Shown piece after piece: positions 6,009 through 15,553 of a stretch of 32,860 bases of DNA. Both the position numbers and the translations under genes were made by a program. Below the pieces are notes generated by a model. It saw nothing but the letters and a program-made list of their open reading frames with translations, had not been told where the DNA came from and did not search any database. The stretch comes from Candidatus Caldarchaeum sp. (lineage in GTDB: Archaea > Thermoproteota > Nitrososphaeria_A > Caldarchaeales > Caldarchaeaceae): contig JAWBRA010000017.1 in the NCBI GenBank assembly GCA_038844785.1, forward strand, positions 1 to 32,860. Reading direction: 5' to 3'. Numbering within the stretch: the stretch's first letter is position 1; each line of letters opens with the position of its first letter.

Positions 6009-8347
6009 TGGGCAGGTATATCGGACAGCCTGTGAAGAGAAGGGAGGACCCCATCCTGCTCACAGGCCGTGGTAGGTTTGTCGACGACATAAAGCTCCCC
6101 GGAATGGTTTACGCAGGCTTCGTCAGGTCGAGATACGCCCATGGCAGAATAGTCTCGATAAACCTCTCAGAAGCCGTTAAACACCCCGACTTCGTAGCCG
6201 CGCTGCTACCAGACGAGGCTGCGCCACTTCCTAGCTGGATGAAGTATAAAGGCTTGAGGAATGTTCCGAGGTTTTCTTTGGCTAAGGGTAAGGTAAGGTT
6301 TGTGGGAGAGCCTGTGGTGGCGGTGGTGTCGAAAGACCGTTACAGCGTAGAGGATATAGCCTCGCTGGTTGAGGTGGAGATAGACCCCCTGCCAGCCGTG
6401 GTGGATGCTGAGAAAGCTCTCCAGCCCGGCTCACCTCTCCTCTACGAGGAATGGGGCGACAACATCATCATGAACTATGGCTTCAAGGCTGGAAACGTTG
6501 AGGAAGCCTTCGCCTCCGCAGACCTCGTCATCAAACGCCGTTACGCCAACCAACGCTATGCGCCAACGCCTATAGAGGGGAGGGGGCTTGTCGCAGACTT
6601 TGACAAAGCACGCGGAGAGCTGACCGTCTGGGATTCGACACAGTTCCCCCACGTGCTGCAGACATATCTGTCGCAGGCCCTCAACTATCCCGAGCATAAG
6701 ATACGGGTTATAGCCCCCGACGTAGGCGGAGGCTTCGGACCAAAGTCGAGCGTCTGGCCAGAGGAGTTGGCAACCATACAGCTTGCGATGAAGCTCGGCA
6801 GGCCTGTCAAATGGGTTGAGACGAGGAGAGAGCATATGCTTGTCTGCGGCCATGAAAGGCAGCAGGTCCACTATATCGAGGCGGCTTTCAGAAGGGATGG
6901 GAAGCTTTTGGCGATAAGAGATAAGGTGATAGCGGACATAGGCGTTTACGGAGCTTTCTGGACGGAGACACAGCCGGTTATGGTGACTATGGCGGCAATC
7001 CCAGGCCCATACACGTTGGAAGCTTACGAGTATGAGGTCTTCTGCATGGCAACGAACAAAGCCCCCTACGCGCCTAACAGAGGTTTCGGCAGACCTGTAG
7101 CGGCCTTCGTCATGGAGCGGTTGATGAACGACGCCGCCCAGCAGCTCGGGCTCGACCCGGCTGAGATAAGGCGGAGAAACCTCATACCGGCCGAGGCCAT
7201 GCCCTACAAAAACATACATGGAATAGTTTACGACAGCGGAAACTATCCCAAAGCTTTGGAGGAGGCGCTCAAGCTGTCAAAATACACGGAGTGGCGTGTG
7301 AGGCAGAAGGAAGCCTTGAAGGAAGGTAGGCTGATAGGCATAGGCTTAGCCATGTACGTGGAATACACTACGCCGAGCAGCGAACGGTTGGACAAAGGGC
7401 TTGGATGGGAGGTGGGGGGCTACGACTCGGTAACCGTTAGGGTTGAGCCGGAGGGCAAGGTGGTTGTCTTGACCGGCACAGCCAGCCAAGGCCAAGGCCA
7501 TTACACGGTTTATGCGCAGATAGCCGCAGACTATCTCGGCGCAAACATGGATGATGTGACGGTTTTGGAAGGCGACAGCAAAACATGCCCATACGGCTTC
7601 GGCGCGTGGGCTAGCAGAAGCACGGTCGCAGTAGGAGGCGCAATAATACGGGCCTGCGAAGCTGTGTTGGACAAGATGAGGAAGATAGCTGCACATCTTC
7701 TTGAAGCAAACCCTGACGACATCGAGGCTTCGGACAGCAGGCTTTTTGTCAGAGACACGCCCGAAAGGTCGGTGTCTTTCGCCGACGTGGCGAAGGTTGC
7801 ATGGCGTCAGCCAACCCGTCTTCCACAAGGCATGGAGCCGGGGCTGGAGGCTACAGCCCACTACGAGCCTAAAGCCTTCACAACATGCAGCTACGCCGTC
7901 CACATCCCCGTGGTTGAAATCGACCCAGAAACAGGAAGAATACATGTTCTCGAATACAACATCTTCGACGACAGCGGAAGGGTTGTGAACCCGCTAACTG
8001 TGTACGGCCAGATCCATGGCGCTGTAGCCCACGGCGTCGGCGGAGCGGTTTACGAAGAACTGGTGTATGATGAAAACGGCCAGCTTCTGACCAGCACTTT
8101 CATGGACTACCTCATCCCCTCGGCCGTCGAAATGTTCAACATCAACATAGAACACATGGAGACACCTTCGCCGCAGCCCGGAGGGTTCAAAGGCATGGGT
8201 GAAGGCGGGGCTATAGCGGCGCCGGCGGCTCTGGCAAACGCCGTCCAAGACGCGCTGGCTCAACAGCGTGCGGTCGTTGAGGAAACGCCGTTAAAACCTG
8301 AATACGTAAGGAGGCTGGTCATCGAGGCTGGATACGGGTTTAAATAG
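6005..8347 (+). CDS. Molybdopterin-binding large subunit of the xanthine dehydrogenase/CoxL superfamily (not a canonical CODH)
   Basis: RREDPILLTG, DVGGGFG, GQGHYT and KGMGEGG motifs. Active-site loop is APNRGFGR rather than AYxCSFR or AYxGAGR. Confidence 0.92.
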   Translation: MMGRYIGQPVKRREDPILLTGRGRFVDDIKLPGMVYAGFVRSRYAHGRIVSINLSEAVKHPDFVAALLPDEAAPLPSWMKYKGLRNVPRFSLAKGKVRFVGEPVVAVVSKDRYSVEDIASLVEVEIDPLPAVVDAEKALQPGSPLLYEEWGDNIIMNYGFKAGNVEEAFASADLVIKRRYANQRYAPTPIEGRGLVADFDKARGELTVWDSTQFPHVLQTYLSQALNYPEHKIRVIAPDVGGGFGPKSSVWPEELATIQLAMKLGRPVKWVETRREHMLVCGHERQQVHYIEAAFRRDGKLLAIRDKVIADIGVYGAFWTETQPVMVTMAAIPGPYTLEAYEYEVFCMATNKAPYAPNRGFGRPVAAFVMERLMNDAAQQLGLDPAEIRRRNLIPAEAMPYKNIHGIVYDSGNYPKALEEALKLSKYTEWRVRQKEALKEGRLIGIGLAMYVEYTTPSSERLDKGLGWEVGGYDSVTVRVEPEGKVVVLTGTASQGQGHYTVYAQIAADYLGANMDDVTVLEGDSKTCPYGFGAWASRSTVAVGGAIIRACEAVLDKMRKIAAHLLEANPDDIEASDSRLFVRDTPERSVSFADVAKVAWRQPTRLPQGMEPGLEATAHYEPKAFTTCSYAVHIPVVEIDPETGRIHVLEYNIFDDSGRVVNPLTVYGQIHGAVAHGVGGAVYEELVYDENGQLLTSTFMDYLIPSAVEMFNINIEHMETPSPQPGGFKGMGEGGAIAAPAALANAVQDALAQQRAVVEETPLKPEYVRRLVIEAGYGFK

Positions 8348-8364
8348 GGGGTAGGCTCAGCCGC

Positions 8365-8691
8365 ATGCGAGAAATGATGCGAAAAACATTCCTAAGCATC
8401 TCCACGCTGGCTTTGCTCGGCGTTGTAATGTTGATAGGCCCGGTTCACGCAGCGGAAGCGCAGAACACGCTTTTCGGAGAGCTGGGTGCTAGAACTTTCG
8501 CTGCCGCCATCGCCTTCGCAGTAGCGGTTGCTTCATCAGGCTTTGGAATAGCTAGAGCTGGCTCGGCAGGTCTGGCAGCCTCTGCTGAACGACCGGAGAT
8601 AAGAACCACCGCCATCATCATCGCAGCTTTCGCAGAGGCTCTGGGAATCTACGGGATAGTCATCGCCTTCTTCATCCTGGCAGCGGCTTGA
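8365..8691 (+). CDS. atpK: A/V-type ATP synthase proteolipid (subunit K/c) with N-terminal leader
   Basis: Two TM helices joined by AERPE, with the conserved carboxylate in FAEALGIYG. Start may be 8374 or 8377. Confidence 0.88.
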   Translation: MREMMRKTFLSISTLALLGVVMLIGPVHAAEAQNTLFGELGARTFAAAIAFAVAVASSGFGIARAGSAGLAASAERPEIRTTAIIIAAFAEALGIYGIVIAFFILAAA

Positions 8692-9592
8692 AGTAGTTTA
8701 TAAGATGAGACAGGTAGAAGAAGGTCAACGCCACACCCATAGAGTTCTGCCACTTCATTTTTTTCACATAAGCCACAGCCGCGCTTATGAGAAATATTGT
8801 TATGGTTTGTGAGAGGATTAGGAGGGAGTCTCTCACGAAAACGTTTCCCAGAAGGCTTGACTGGTTTACTCTGTCGATTACGGCAATTCCTGGAACGAGG
8901 CCGAGGGGTAGGAAGGCTACAGCAATCGCAGCCGCCAGCTTGCCTGTCTCAGCCAAGAAACCTTTAACCTCCCCAGAGCTTTGAAACTCTTTCAAAGCAG
9001 ACCAGAAAGGTCTGAACCTGCCTGAAAACAAGAAACTGAACACGCCCAATATAGCTAGACCTGTGGCGTATGTGATTGCTAGTTTGACTGCGAAGATTAT
9101 ATGGTTTACAGGGGTCATAGGTGATGCATTAAGGAGAAACAGCTCATATCTGCCGGCAAGAAGCACGAACACCAGCACAAACACAGAAAGAGGGCCGAGA
9201 ACAGCTGCAACCACCTTACTCTCGTAAATCGGTGAAAAAAGCCACAGTGGGAAGAAAACGGATGAAAAAAGCTCGGCTGCTTTTGACGTTTTGACTACAT
9301 TCTGCCCAGAGCCCGACTGCGTAGTCAAAGCTTTAAAGATCCGCACCCCATCCTCTGTAAGCCTGTAGCTCTTCCTCTCATCCTGGGTTATGAGCTGGCT
9401 CATCTGCCTCAGGTTGTAGTAGAGCGAGCCTGTGCTTATGCCCAGCTTCTGCTTCAAGGCTGTGGCTCCAATCCTCCCCTCCTCACCGACAGCCAGAAGT
9501 ATAGCCCTCCTGACCTTGTGCCTTACAAGCCAGAGAAGCTCTTCGTCAGACATCTTTGGAGGCCGCTCCGAAAACTCGTTCACGTCAATCAA
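8672..9592 (-). CDS. Membrane-anchored winged-helix (ArsR-like) transcription regulator
   Basis: N-terminal HKVRRAILL...LKQKLGISTGSLYYNL...YRLTEDG, followed by about 5-6 hydrophobic segments. Confidence 0.8.
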   Translation of the reverse strand: MIDVNEFSERPPKMSDEELLWLVRHKVRRAILLAVGEEGRIGATALKQKLGISTGSLYYNLRQMSQLITQDERKSYRLTEDGVRIFKALTTQSGSGQNVVKTSKAAELFSSVFFPLWLFSPIYESKVVAAVLGPLSVFVLVFVLLAGRYELFLLNASPMTPVNHIIFAVKLAITYATGLAILGVFSFLFSGRFRPFWSALKEFQSSGEVKGFLAETGKLAAAIAVAFLPLGLVPGIAVIDRVNQSSLLGNVFVRDSLLILSQTITIFLISAAVAYVKKMKWQNSMGVALTFFYLSHLINYFKPLPG

Positions 9593-9742
9593 GACCCACA
9601 GCCCCTTTGAAGGCTGACGTAAATCCTCTAAAACAGTATATTAACTTAGACTGGGTTTGTCGACAGGACTCGGTGTCTACATTTTACGAATGTTATAAAA
9701 AGTATTATAGGTATGCTGGTTGTTTGCATAGATGGGTTTGCT

Positions 9743-10300
9743 TTGTCGTGGGTTGAAGATACGGTTAGCTTTAGGGGTGTTATAAGGAGGAGTGGTAAAC
9801 AGCCTTATAGCCACAATACCGCCCGAGCTCTCTCAACGTTTCCTAATCCGTGAGGGGCAGGAATACATCATCATGGGGATGAGTAGGATGAACCCCGATT
9901 TCAGGGAGCTCTTCAAATTTACCTCGGGTTCTTCGTCGTCCTTGAAAAGGCTCCCAAGCTGGACGTGACTGTTGAGGGGGTGGACTTTGCTGTGGTGGAG
10001 AGGGTGTTGAAAAACTTTGGAGCCGCGGACGTTGTGCAAACATCCTCCGAAAACGGGCTGGTAAAATGCTATGCGTTGTTTACGGCCGTCGAGAAAAACA
10101 GGGTTAGGGTGCAGAAGACTGTTGAGGAGGTTGCGAAAATCTTGCCCGCGGTGAAGAAAGAGATAGAGGCTCGAGGCGGAGTGGTCAAGTCGATGGATGT
10201 CTCCGAGGTAACGCATGAGAACAGGCAGGTTGAGCCAGCGGTGTTGGCCAAAAGCCAGTCAAGGCTCGTGAAAAACATAGCGTGGAAGTGGGAGGTTTAG
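9743..10300 (+). pseudogene. AbrB-like N-terminal domain protein interrupted by two compensating frameshifts (pseudogene or sequencing error)
   Basis: TTG 9743 gives MSWVEDTVSFRGVIRRSG. After an extra A in 9797-9799 the frame reads NSLIATIPPELSQRFLIREGQEYIIMG. After a missing base at 9902/9903 it reads GALQIYLGFFVVLEKAP and continues into ORF 9965-10300. Confidence 0.75.
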
Positions 10301-11472
10301 CCATCTCCGTTAGCCCTCAGCTTCTCAAAAGCCGCCACAACATCCAGCAGGTCTTCTTCATCAGCCAGCAGGACGTATTGAGGTATCCATACGGCTTCCT
10401 CATGGCTAGCTCTCTCGGCCGCCGTCGTAGGATAAGGTGTGCGAGATTTTTCTGAGATAAACTGGTATGATTGGAGAGGTTTGTAGCCGGCGTTGCAGGG
10501 TATGCCCTCCGCGTTCAACGCTTTGACAAACTCATCCTTCGAGCTGAAGCCAAACCTTCTGTAGTCTACGCGGACTATGTAGAGATGGTAGCTGTGAGCC
10601 GTGACTTTTTCAGGCTTCCCGAGAGGTTTTACGCCATCTATCTTGGAGAGCTTTTCGCTGAGGAACCTTGCTGAAGCCGTCCTCTTCCTATTCATTCCCG
10701 GTAGTTTTCTGAGCTGGGCTCTGAGTATGGCTGCTTGGAAAGCCGTCATCCTAAAGTTCCAGCCATACCTCACATGCTCGTACCATCCCTTTCTAACGTC
10801 TCTGCCGACGTTGACGAGTGAGCGGGCTAGCTGGGCAATCTCCTCATCGTTAGTCGTTATGATACCGCCTTCGCCCGCCGTCATGTTTTTGCTCTGGTAG
10901 AAACTGAAGATGCCGCAGTCTCCAATTGAGCCAACCCTTCTCCCATCCCACTCGGCCCCATGCGCCTGCGCCGCATCCTCCAAAACCTTCAGCCCATGCT
11001 TCGCAGCCGTATTCATGATTTCATCCATGTTGGCTGGGCAGCCGGCTAAATGGACGGGGATGATGCATTTTGTCCTTTCTGTCAAGGCAGCTTTAACAGC
11101 TTCGGGCGATATAGTGTATGTATCCGGGTCTACGTCAACTATGACAGGAGTGGCTCCGGCATCTATAACCGAGCTGGCTGTGGCTAGAAACGTGTAGGCT
11201 GGGACGATCACCTCGTCTCCAACACCTATCCCGAGGGCTTTCAAAGATATGAAGAGGGCTGTTGAGCCGCTGCTGCACGCAACACCGTAAAGAGCCTGGT
11301 GAAAAGATGAAAACTCTTCCTCAAACAGCTTTATCTTAGCCGAGCCGGCAGACCAGGGGCCTTCGCGCAAAGCCTCCAAAACCTCTTTAACTTCATCCTC
11401 GTCGAAGTAAGGCCAGCGGGGGAAGGGTTTCTTCCTTACAGGCTCCCCACCCCTAACCGCCAGACGCTGCAT
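10297..11472 (-). CDS. DegT/DnrJ/EryC1/StrS-family PLP aminotransferase
   Basis: SSGSTAL, EDAAQAHGA and SFYQSKNMTAGEGG motifs. Confidence 0.93.
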   Translation of the reverse strand: MQRLAVRGGEPVRKKPFPRWPYFDEDEVKEVLEALREGPWSAGSAKIKLFEEEFSSFHQALYGVACSSGSTALFISLKALGIGVGDEVIVPAYTFLATASSVIDAGATPVIVDVDPDTYTISPEAVKAALTERTKCIIPVHLAGCPANMDEIMNTAAKHGLKVLEDAAQAHGAEWDGRRVGSIGDCGIFSFYQSKNMTAGEGGIITTNDEEIAQLARSLVNVGRDVRKGWYEHVRYGWNFRMTAFQAAILRAQLRKLPGMNRKRTASARFLSEKLSKIDGVKPLGKPEKVTAHSYHLYIVRVDYRRFGFSSKDEFVKALNAEGIPCNAGYKPLQSYQFISEKSRTPYPTTAAERASHEEAVWIPQYVLLADEEDLLDVVAAFEKLRANGDG

Positions 11473-11587
11473 GTCAAACGCTAGCTAATCACGTGCTATA
11501 TATTGTTAGCCAAAATCTTATCCGAAGACTTCGCAGGATATGGTTTAGCACGGGTTTAAAAGCAGGCTTTCTCGCTTTCTGAGTGGT

Positions 11588-11980
11588 TTGAGCAAGCCTG
11601 TAGACCTTGGCTCCCTGAAGGAGGGCCACAACATCATAATCGACGGAGAGCCTTGCAGAATTGTCGAGGTTGAGAAGAGTAAGCCGGGAAAGCATGGGTC
11701 TGCTAAGGTGAGGCTGGTTGCCATAGGCATCTTCGACGACGTGAAAAGAAGCCTTGTCGGACCTGCGGACAACAAGGTTGAGGTACCCATAGTGGACAAG
11801 AGGAGTGGGCAGGTTGTCGCCGTCTCCTCCGACTCTGTTTCTGTGATGGATAACGAAAGCCTTCAGATAGTTGAAGTACCCATGCCCAAGGACGAGGCTT
11901 TAAGGGCTAAGATAGAGCCGGGGGTGTCCGTCGAGTACTGGAGCATCATGAACCGTTACCTGCTTGTAAACGTGAAGTAA
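11588..11980 (+). CDS. eif5a: Translation factor aIF5A
   Basis: Hypusine loop SKPGKHGSAK. Confidence 0.96.
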   Translation: MSKPVDLGSLKEGHNIIIDGEPCRIVEVEKSKPGKHGSAKVRLVAIGIFDDVKRSLVGPADNKVEVPIVDKRSGQVVAVSSDSVSVMDNESLQIVEVPMPKDEALRAKIEPGVSVEYWSIMNRYLLVNVK

Positions 11981-13523
11981 GCCTGCCTTCGTCAATTACT
12001 AGAAGCTTGTACGAGTAGCCGTCTATGATGGCTTTGAGGCTGGCTTCCACTATGTTTCTTGAGACGCCTGTAGTAGCCCATCTGTTACCGTCGTCGGCGA
12101 ACTCTATGAAGACCCTGACAGCAGCGGCTGTCGCATCTCTCGTGTCTACAACCGAGACCTTGTAGTTGACCAGCTGCGTTGTCTCGAGGTTGGGGTATTT
12201 CTTGAGTATGGCTGCTCTGATGGCTGCGTCAAGGGCGTGCACGGGTCCAACACCTTCAGCAGTCGTGGTAACCGCCTCGTCGTCTATGTCCATGGAGACA
12301 ACAGCGCGGGACGTCAGCTTGCCTGCTTCAAGAACCTCAACCCACCACGTCCTAACCCGAAGCCTTTCAACGTCAACCCCGACCGACTTGAGAACCAGAA
12401 GGGAGAGAGTTGCGTCAGCAGGCTCGAAATGGTAGCCAACCGCCTCAAGCCTTTTCACCTCTTCCAAAATGCTTGATGCCTGTTCCTTGGTCAGGGTTAT
12501 CCCGAGCTTAGCCGCATGGTTTACTAGAGCAGATCTTCCAGCCAGCTCCGAGACCGACAAAGCCCTGTCCATACCGAGCAGGGAAGGGTCCACATGCTCG
12601 TATGTCCTTGGGTTCTTGAGTATAGCGTCTATGTGAACCCCGCCTTTGTGGGCGAAGGCGTTTACGCCGAAGAAGGGATATCCAGGGCTTAAAGGCATGC
12701 CTGCAACCTCGGCGACATAATAGGCTGTGTCCTTGAGCTTCTTCAGGCCGTCAGGCGTTTTGAGAACCCTGTACCCCATTTTGAGAACAAGGTTGGGGAT
12801 TATCTGTGTTAGGTCGGCGTTGCCACACCGCTCACCCAAGCCTATCATAGTACCCTGAACGTGTCTAACCCCCTCCACCACGGCGACCAGGCTGTTGGCA
12901 ACTGCTACGCCGCAGTCGTTGTGGGCGTGTATTCCAAGAGGCCCTTCCACCTCTCTTCTAACATTTCTGACGGCTTCGGCAAGCCTGTGGGGCAGAGTCC
13001 CACCGTTTGTATCGCATAAAACTATCGTGCTCGCCCCAGCCTCCTTTGCACGTCTCAAAACCTCAACCGCATAGTCAGGAGATTCGGCGTATCCGTCGAA
13101 GAAATGCTCTGCGTCGAAGATAACGTCCAGCCCATGCTCCCGCAGATACTCCAGCGTGTCCGTCACCATTTCAAGGTTTTCTTCAAGGCTGCAGCGGAGA
13201 ACCTCTCTAACATGCAGCGTCCATGACTTGCCGAATATTATCGCCGTATCCACGTCAGCGTCTAGGATTGCGTTGACTGACTGGTCTTGGCTGGGCCTTA
13301 ACCCAACTCTGCGAGTGCTTCCAAAAGCACCGACCCTGCTGTTGCTTAGGGAAAGCTTTTTCACCGCCTTGAAAAACTCAACGTCTTTAGGGTTTGAGCC
13401 TGGCCAGCCGCCTTCAATGATGTCTACTCCCACCTCGTCGAGCTTTTCAGCAACCCGGAGTTTGTCGTGGAGGGTGAAAGTTACACCTCTCGTCTGTGCG
13501 CCGTCGCGGAGAGTGGTGTCCAA
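11946..13523 (-). CDS. cimA: Citramalate synthase (LeuA/CimA family); true start probably near 13541-13545
   Basis: DTTLRDGAQ, EGGWPGSNPKD, DAEHFFDG, HAHND, GERCGNA and HKGGVH motifs, plus a C-terminal regulatory domain (GVGPVHALD). Confidence 0.9.
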   Translation of the reverse strand: MDTTLRDGAQTRGVTFTLHDKLRVAEKLDEVGVDIIEGGWPGSNPKDVEFFKAVKKLSLSNSRVGAFGSTRRVGLRPSQDQSVNAILDADVDTAIIFGKSWTLHVREVLRCSLEENLEMVTDTLEYLREHGLDVIFDAEHFFDGYAESPDYAVEVLRRAKEAGASTIVLCDTNGGTLPHRLAEAVRNVRREVEGPLGIHAHNDCGVAVANSLVAVVEGVRHVQGTMIGLGERCGNADLTQIIPNLVLKMGYRVLKTPDGLKKLKDTAYYVAEVAGMPLSPGYPFFGVNAFAHKGGVHIDAILKNPRTYEHVDPSLLGMDRALSVSELAGRSALVNHAAKLGITLTKEQASSILEEVKRLEAVGYHFEPADATLSLLVLKSVGVDVERLRVRTWWVEVLEAGKLTSRAVVSMDIDDEAVTTTAEGVGPVHALDAAIRAAILKKYPNLETTQLVNYKVSVVDTRDATAAAVRVFIEFADDGNRWATTGVSRNIVEASLKAIIDGYSYKLLVIDEGRLTSRLQAGNGS

Positions 13524-13609
13524 AACCTCAACGTAATCGATTCAACCACCCCCACGTGGTGTCTTTCATAAACGACCTCTGCTAATAAATGTTTTCCAGC
13601 CTTTATCGG

Positions 13610-14284
13610 CTAACCCTTCTCAACCAAAACAGCTTCGTGAACGATTAAATATCCGTAGTTGTTTCTCCAAACCCTCTCCACCCTTCTCGGCTCAAGCTTT
13701 TTGGAGAAGAGCGGGCAGTCGAGGACAAGCGTCTCCATCTCACCGCCTTCGCCAGCAGGATGCACGCCATACTTTTCTCTCAGAACCGACAGCTCAGCTA
13801 CGGCTTGGTAATCGACTATCCTGCCGAGCCATTCCTCCCCAAGACCCGCAGCGGCAACAGCCACCACCATTATCTTGAAACCATCCTCCAGCACCTGTCT
13901 AAGCAGCTGGCTAGGCTCAACGCCCCAGAGAGGTGTTAACAGCTTTAGCCCGTGTTTCTCAGCGGCCCTGGCCATACGGTCTCTCTGATACCTGCTGGCT
14001 ATAGCGCCTGAGACTAGGCCGTCAACCATCCCGGCGACATCCGCCAAAGCCAAGTCCAATACCTTCTCTTCATCCCTTCCTTCAACCGGGATCAACAGCT
14101 GCTTTTTCCCCATAGCCTCCGCTTGGAGCGGGGTTATGTGGAGGTTGGGGTAGTGGAATAAATAGCTGTCCATGGATTTGGGCAGGAAGGTGAGCAAAAC
14201 GACGACCTCGTGCCCCATCCTCTCGGCGAGCAGGACAGAGTAGGTCGAGTCCTTCCCCCCTGAAAACAAGGCGGCAAGCTTCAT
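13610..14284 (-). CDS. dph6: Diphthine--ammonia ligase (Dph6, PP-loop ATPase)
   Basis: LFSGGKDS, SYLFH, PLW and GEGGEMET motifs. Confidence 0.88.
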   Translation of the reverse strand: MKLAALFSGGKDSTYSVLLAERMGHEVVVLLTFLPKSMDSYLFHYPNLHITPLQAEAMGKKQLLIPVEGRDEEKVLDLALADVAGMVDGLVSGAIASRYQRDRMARAAEKHGLKLLTPLWGVEPSQLLRQVLEDGFKIMVVAVAAAGLGEEWLGRIVDYQAVAELSVLREKYGVHPAGEGGEMETLVLDCPLFSKKLEPRRVERVWRNNYGYLIVHEAVLVEKG

Positions 14285-14425
14285 GGGTCAACAGCTCCAC
14301 GCTTTGAAAACGCTTGGTATCATGGAGCCACATCATCTGTTGTAGCCGGCGTTTATAAACCGATTTGCTAACTTGACAGGAACGTGTAGAATCTGTCTTA
14401 AATTCTGGCAGTGAAAACTTTTGCC

Positions 14426-15547
14426 GTGAAGCTGTACGAGTTTGAGGGTAGACAGCTTTTTGAACGGTACGGCATACCCGTCGGCTATTACACGGTTGTC
14501 AGAGACGCTGATGCGGCACGCATGGCTGCAGAAAAGATAGGTGGTAAGGTTGTCGTCAAAGCTCAGGTGCTTGTAGCCGGCAGGGGTAAGGCCGGCGGCA
14601 TAAAAGTTGCTGAAACACCTGAGAAAGCAGCTGAAATCGCCTCACAGATGTTAGGCTCCACGCTCAAAGGAGAGAAGGTCGAGCAGCTCATAATAGCGCC
14701 TTACACGGAGATATCTAAGGAGCTTTATCTCGGAATCATAGTGGACAGGTTCAAGAGGTCTCCTCTGGTGATAGCGTCGGCGGAGGGAGGCGTTGAGATT
14801 GAGGAGCTGGCTAGAAAAAGCCCTGAACATGTTTTGAAGATTGAAGTAAACCCGTTGCTCGGCCTCAGCAGCCATCAGGTGAGAAAGGTGGTCAAGTTTT
14901 TGAAGCTCGATGGAGGCCTTGGCGAGGAAGCTGGCAAGATATTGCGAGGTCTTTACAGATTGTTTGCGGAGATGGACTGTGAGCTGGCGGAGATAAACCC
15001 GCTGGCCATAACCTCCGACGGGAAGCTTCTGGCAATAGACTCTAAGGTTATACTGGATGAAAACGCTCTCTACAGACATCGTGAGTTCACCAGACCGTCG
15101 GCGGGCTCAGGGCTTGAGGAGGAGGCGCGTAAGCTTGGCTTCACCGCTGTCGAGCTAGACGGCGACATCGGGATAATAGGCAACGGCGCAGGACTAACAA
15201 TGGCCACGATGGACATGGTTATGCTGAAAGGCGGTAAGCCAGCCAACTTCCTCGACATAGGCGGCGGAGCAGCTGAAGAAGTTGTCGAAAAAGCTTCCCG
15301 GCTTCTTCTAACACATCCAAGGGTAAAGGTTCTGTTCGTCAACATACTAGGCGGGATAACAAGATGCGATGAAGTAGCGCGAGGGCTCGTCTCAGCATAC
15401 AAAGCTGTCGGCACGGGCAAGAAAATAGTCGTCAGAATGATGGGAACCAACGAGGAGGAAGGGAAGAAGATACTGAGCGAAAACGGCATATTCCCTTACG
15501 ACAGCATGGAGGAGGCCGCTGAAAAAGCTGCAAGCTTGGTGAGGTGA
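14426..15547 (+). CDS. sucC: Succinyl-CoA synthetase beta subunit
   Basis: KLYEFEG, KAQVLVAGRGKAGG, NGAGL, PANFLDIGGG and GGITRCD motifs. GTG 14426 gives the canonical N-terminus. Confidence 0.95.
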   Translation: MKLYEFEGRQLFERYGIPVGYYTVVRDADAARMAAEKIGGKVVVKAQVLVAGRGKAGGIKVAETPEKAAEIASQMLGSTLKGEKVEQLIIAPYTEISKELYLGIIVDRFKRSPLVIASAEGGVEIEELARKSPEHVLKIEVNPLLGLSSHQVRKVVKFLKLDGGLGEEAGKILRGLYRLFAEMDCELAEINPLAITSDGKLLAIDSKVILDENALYRHREFTRPSAGSGLEEEARKLGFTAVELDGDIGIIGNGAGLTMATMDMVMLKGGKPANFLDIGGGAAEEVVEKASRLLLTHPRVKVLFVNILGGITRCDEVARGLVSAYKAVGTGKKIVVRMMGTNEEEGKKILSENGIFPYDSMEEAAEKAASLVR

Positions 15548-15553
15548 TGTAGG

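Noticed and set aside
6431-7945. 262-aa and 199-aa antisense ORFs
   Set aside because: Fully within the motif-supported molybdoenzyme gene, with no recognisable domains.
6005-8347. Calling this gene coxL (aerobic CO dehydrogenase)
   Set aside because: Lacks the AYxCSFR/AYxGAGR loop and has no adjacent coxM/coxS.
9797-9905. Programmed ribosomal frameshifting
   Set aside because: No slippery heptamer or stimulatory structure at either site; two compensating indels fit error or decay better.
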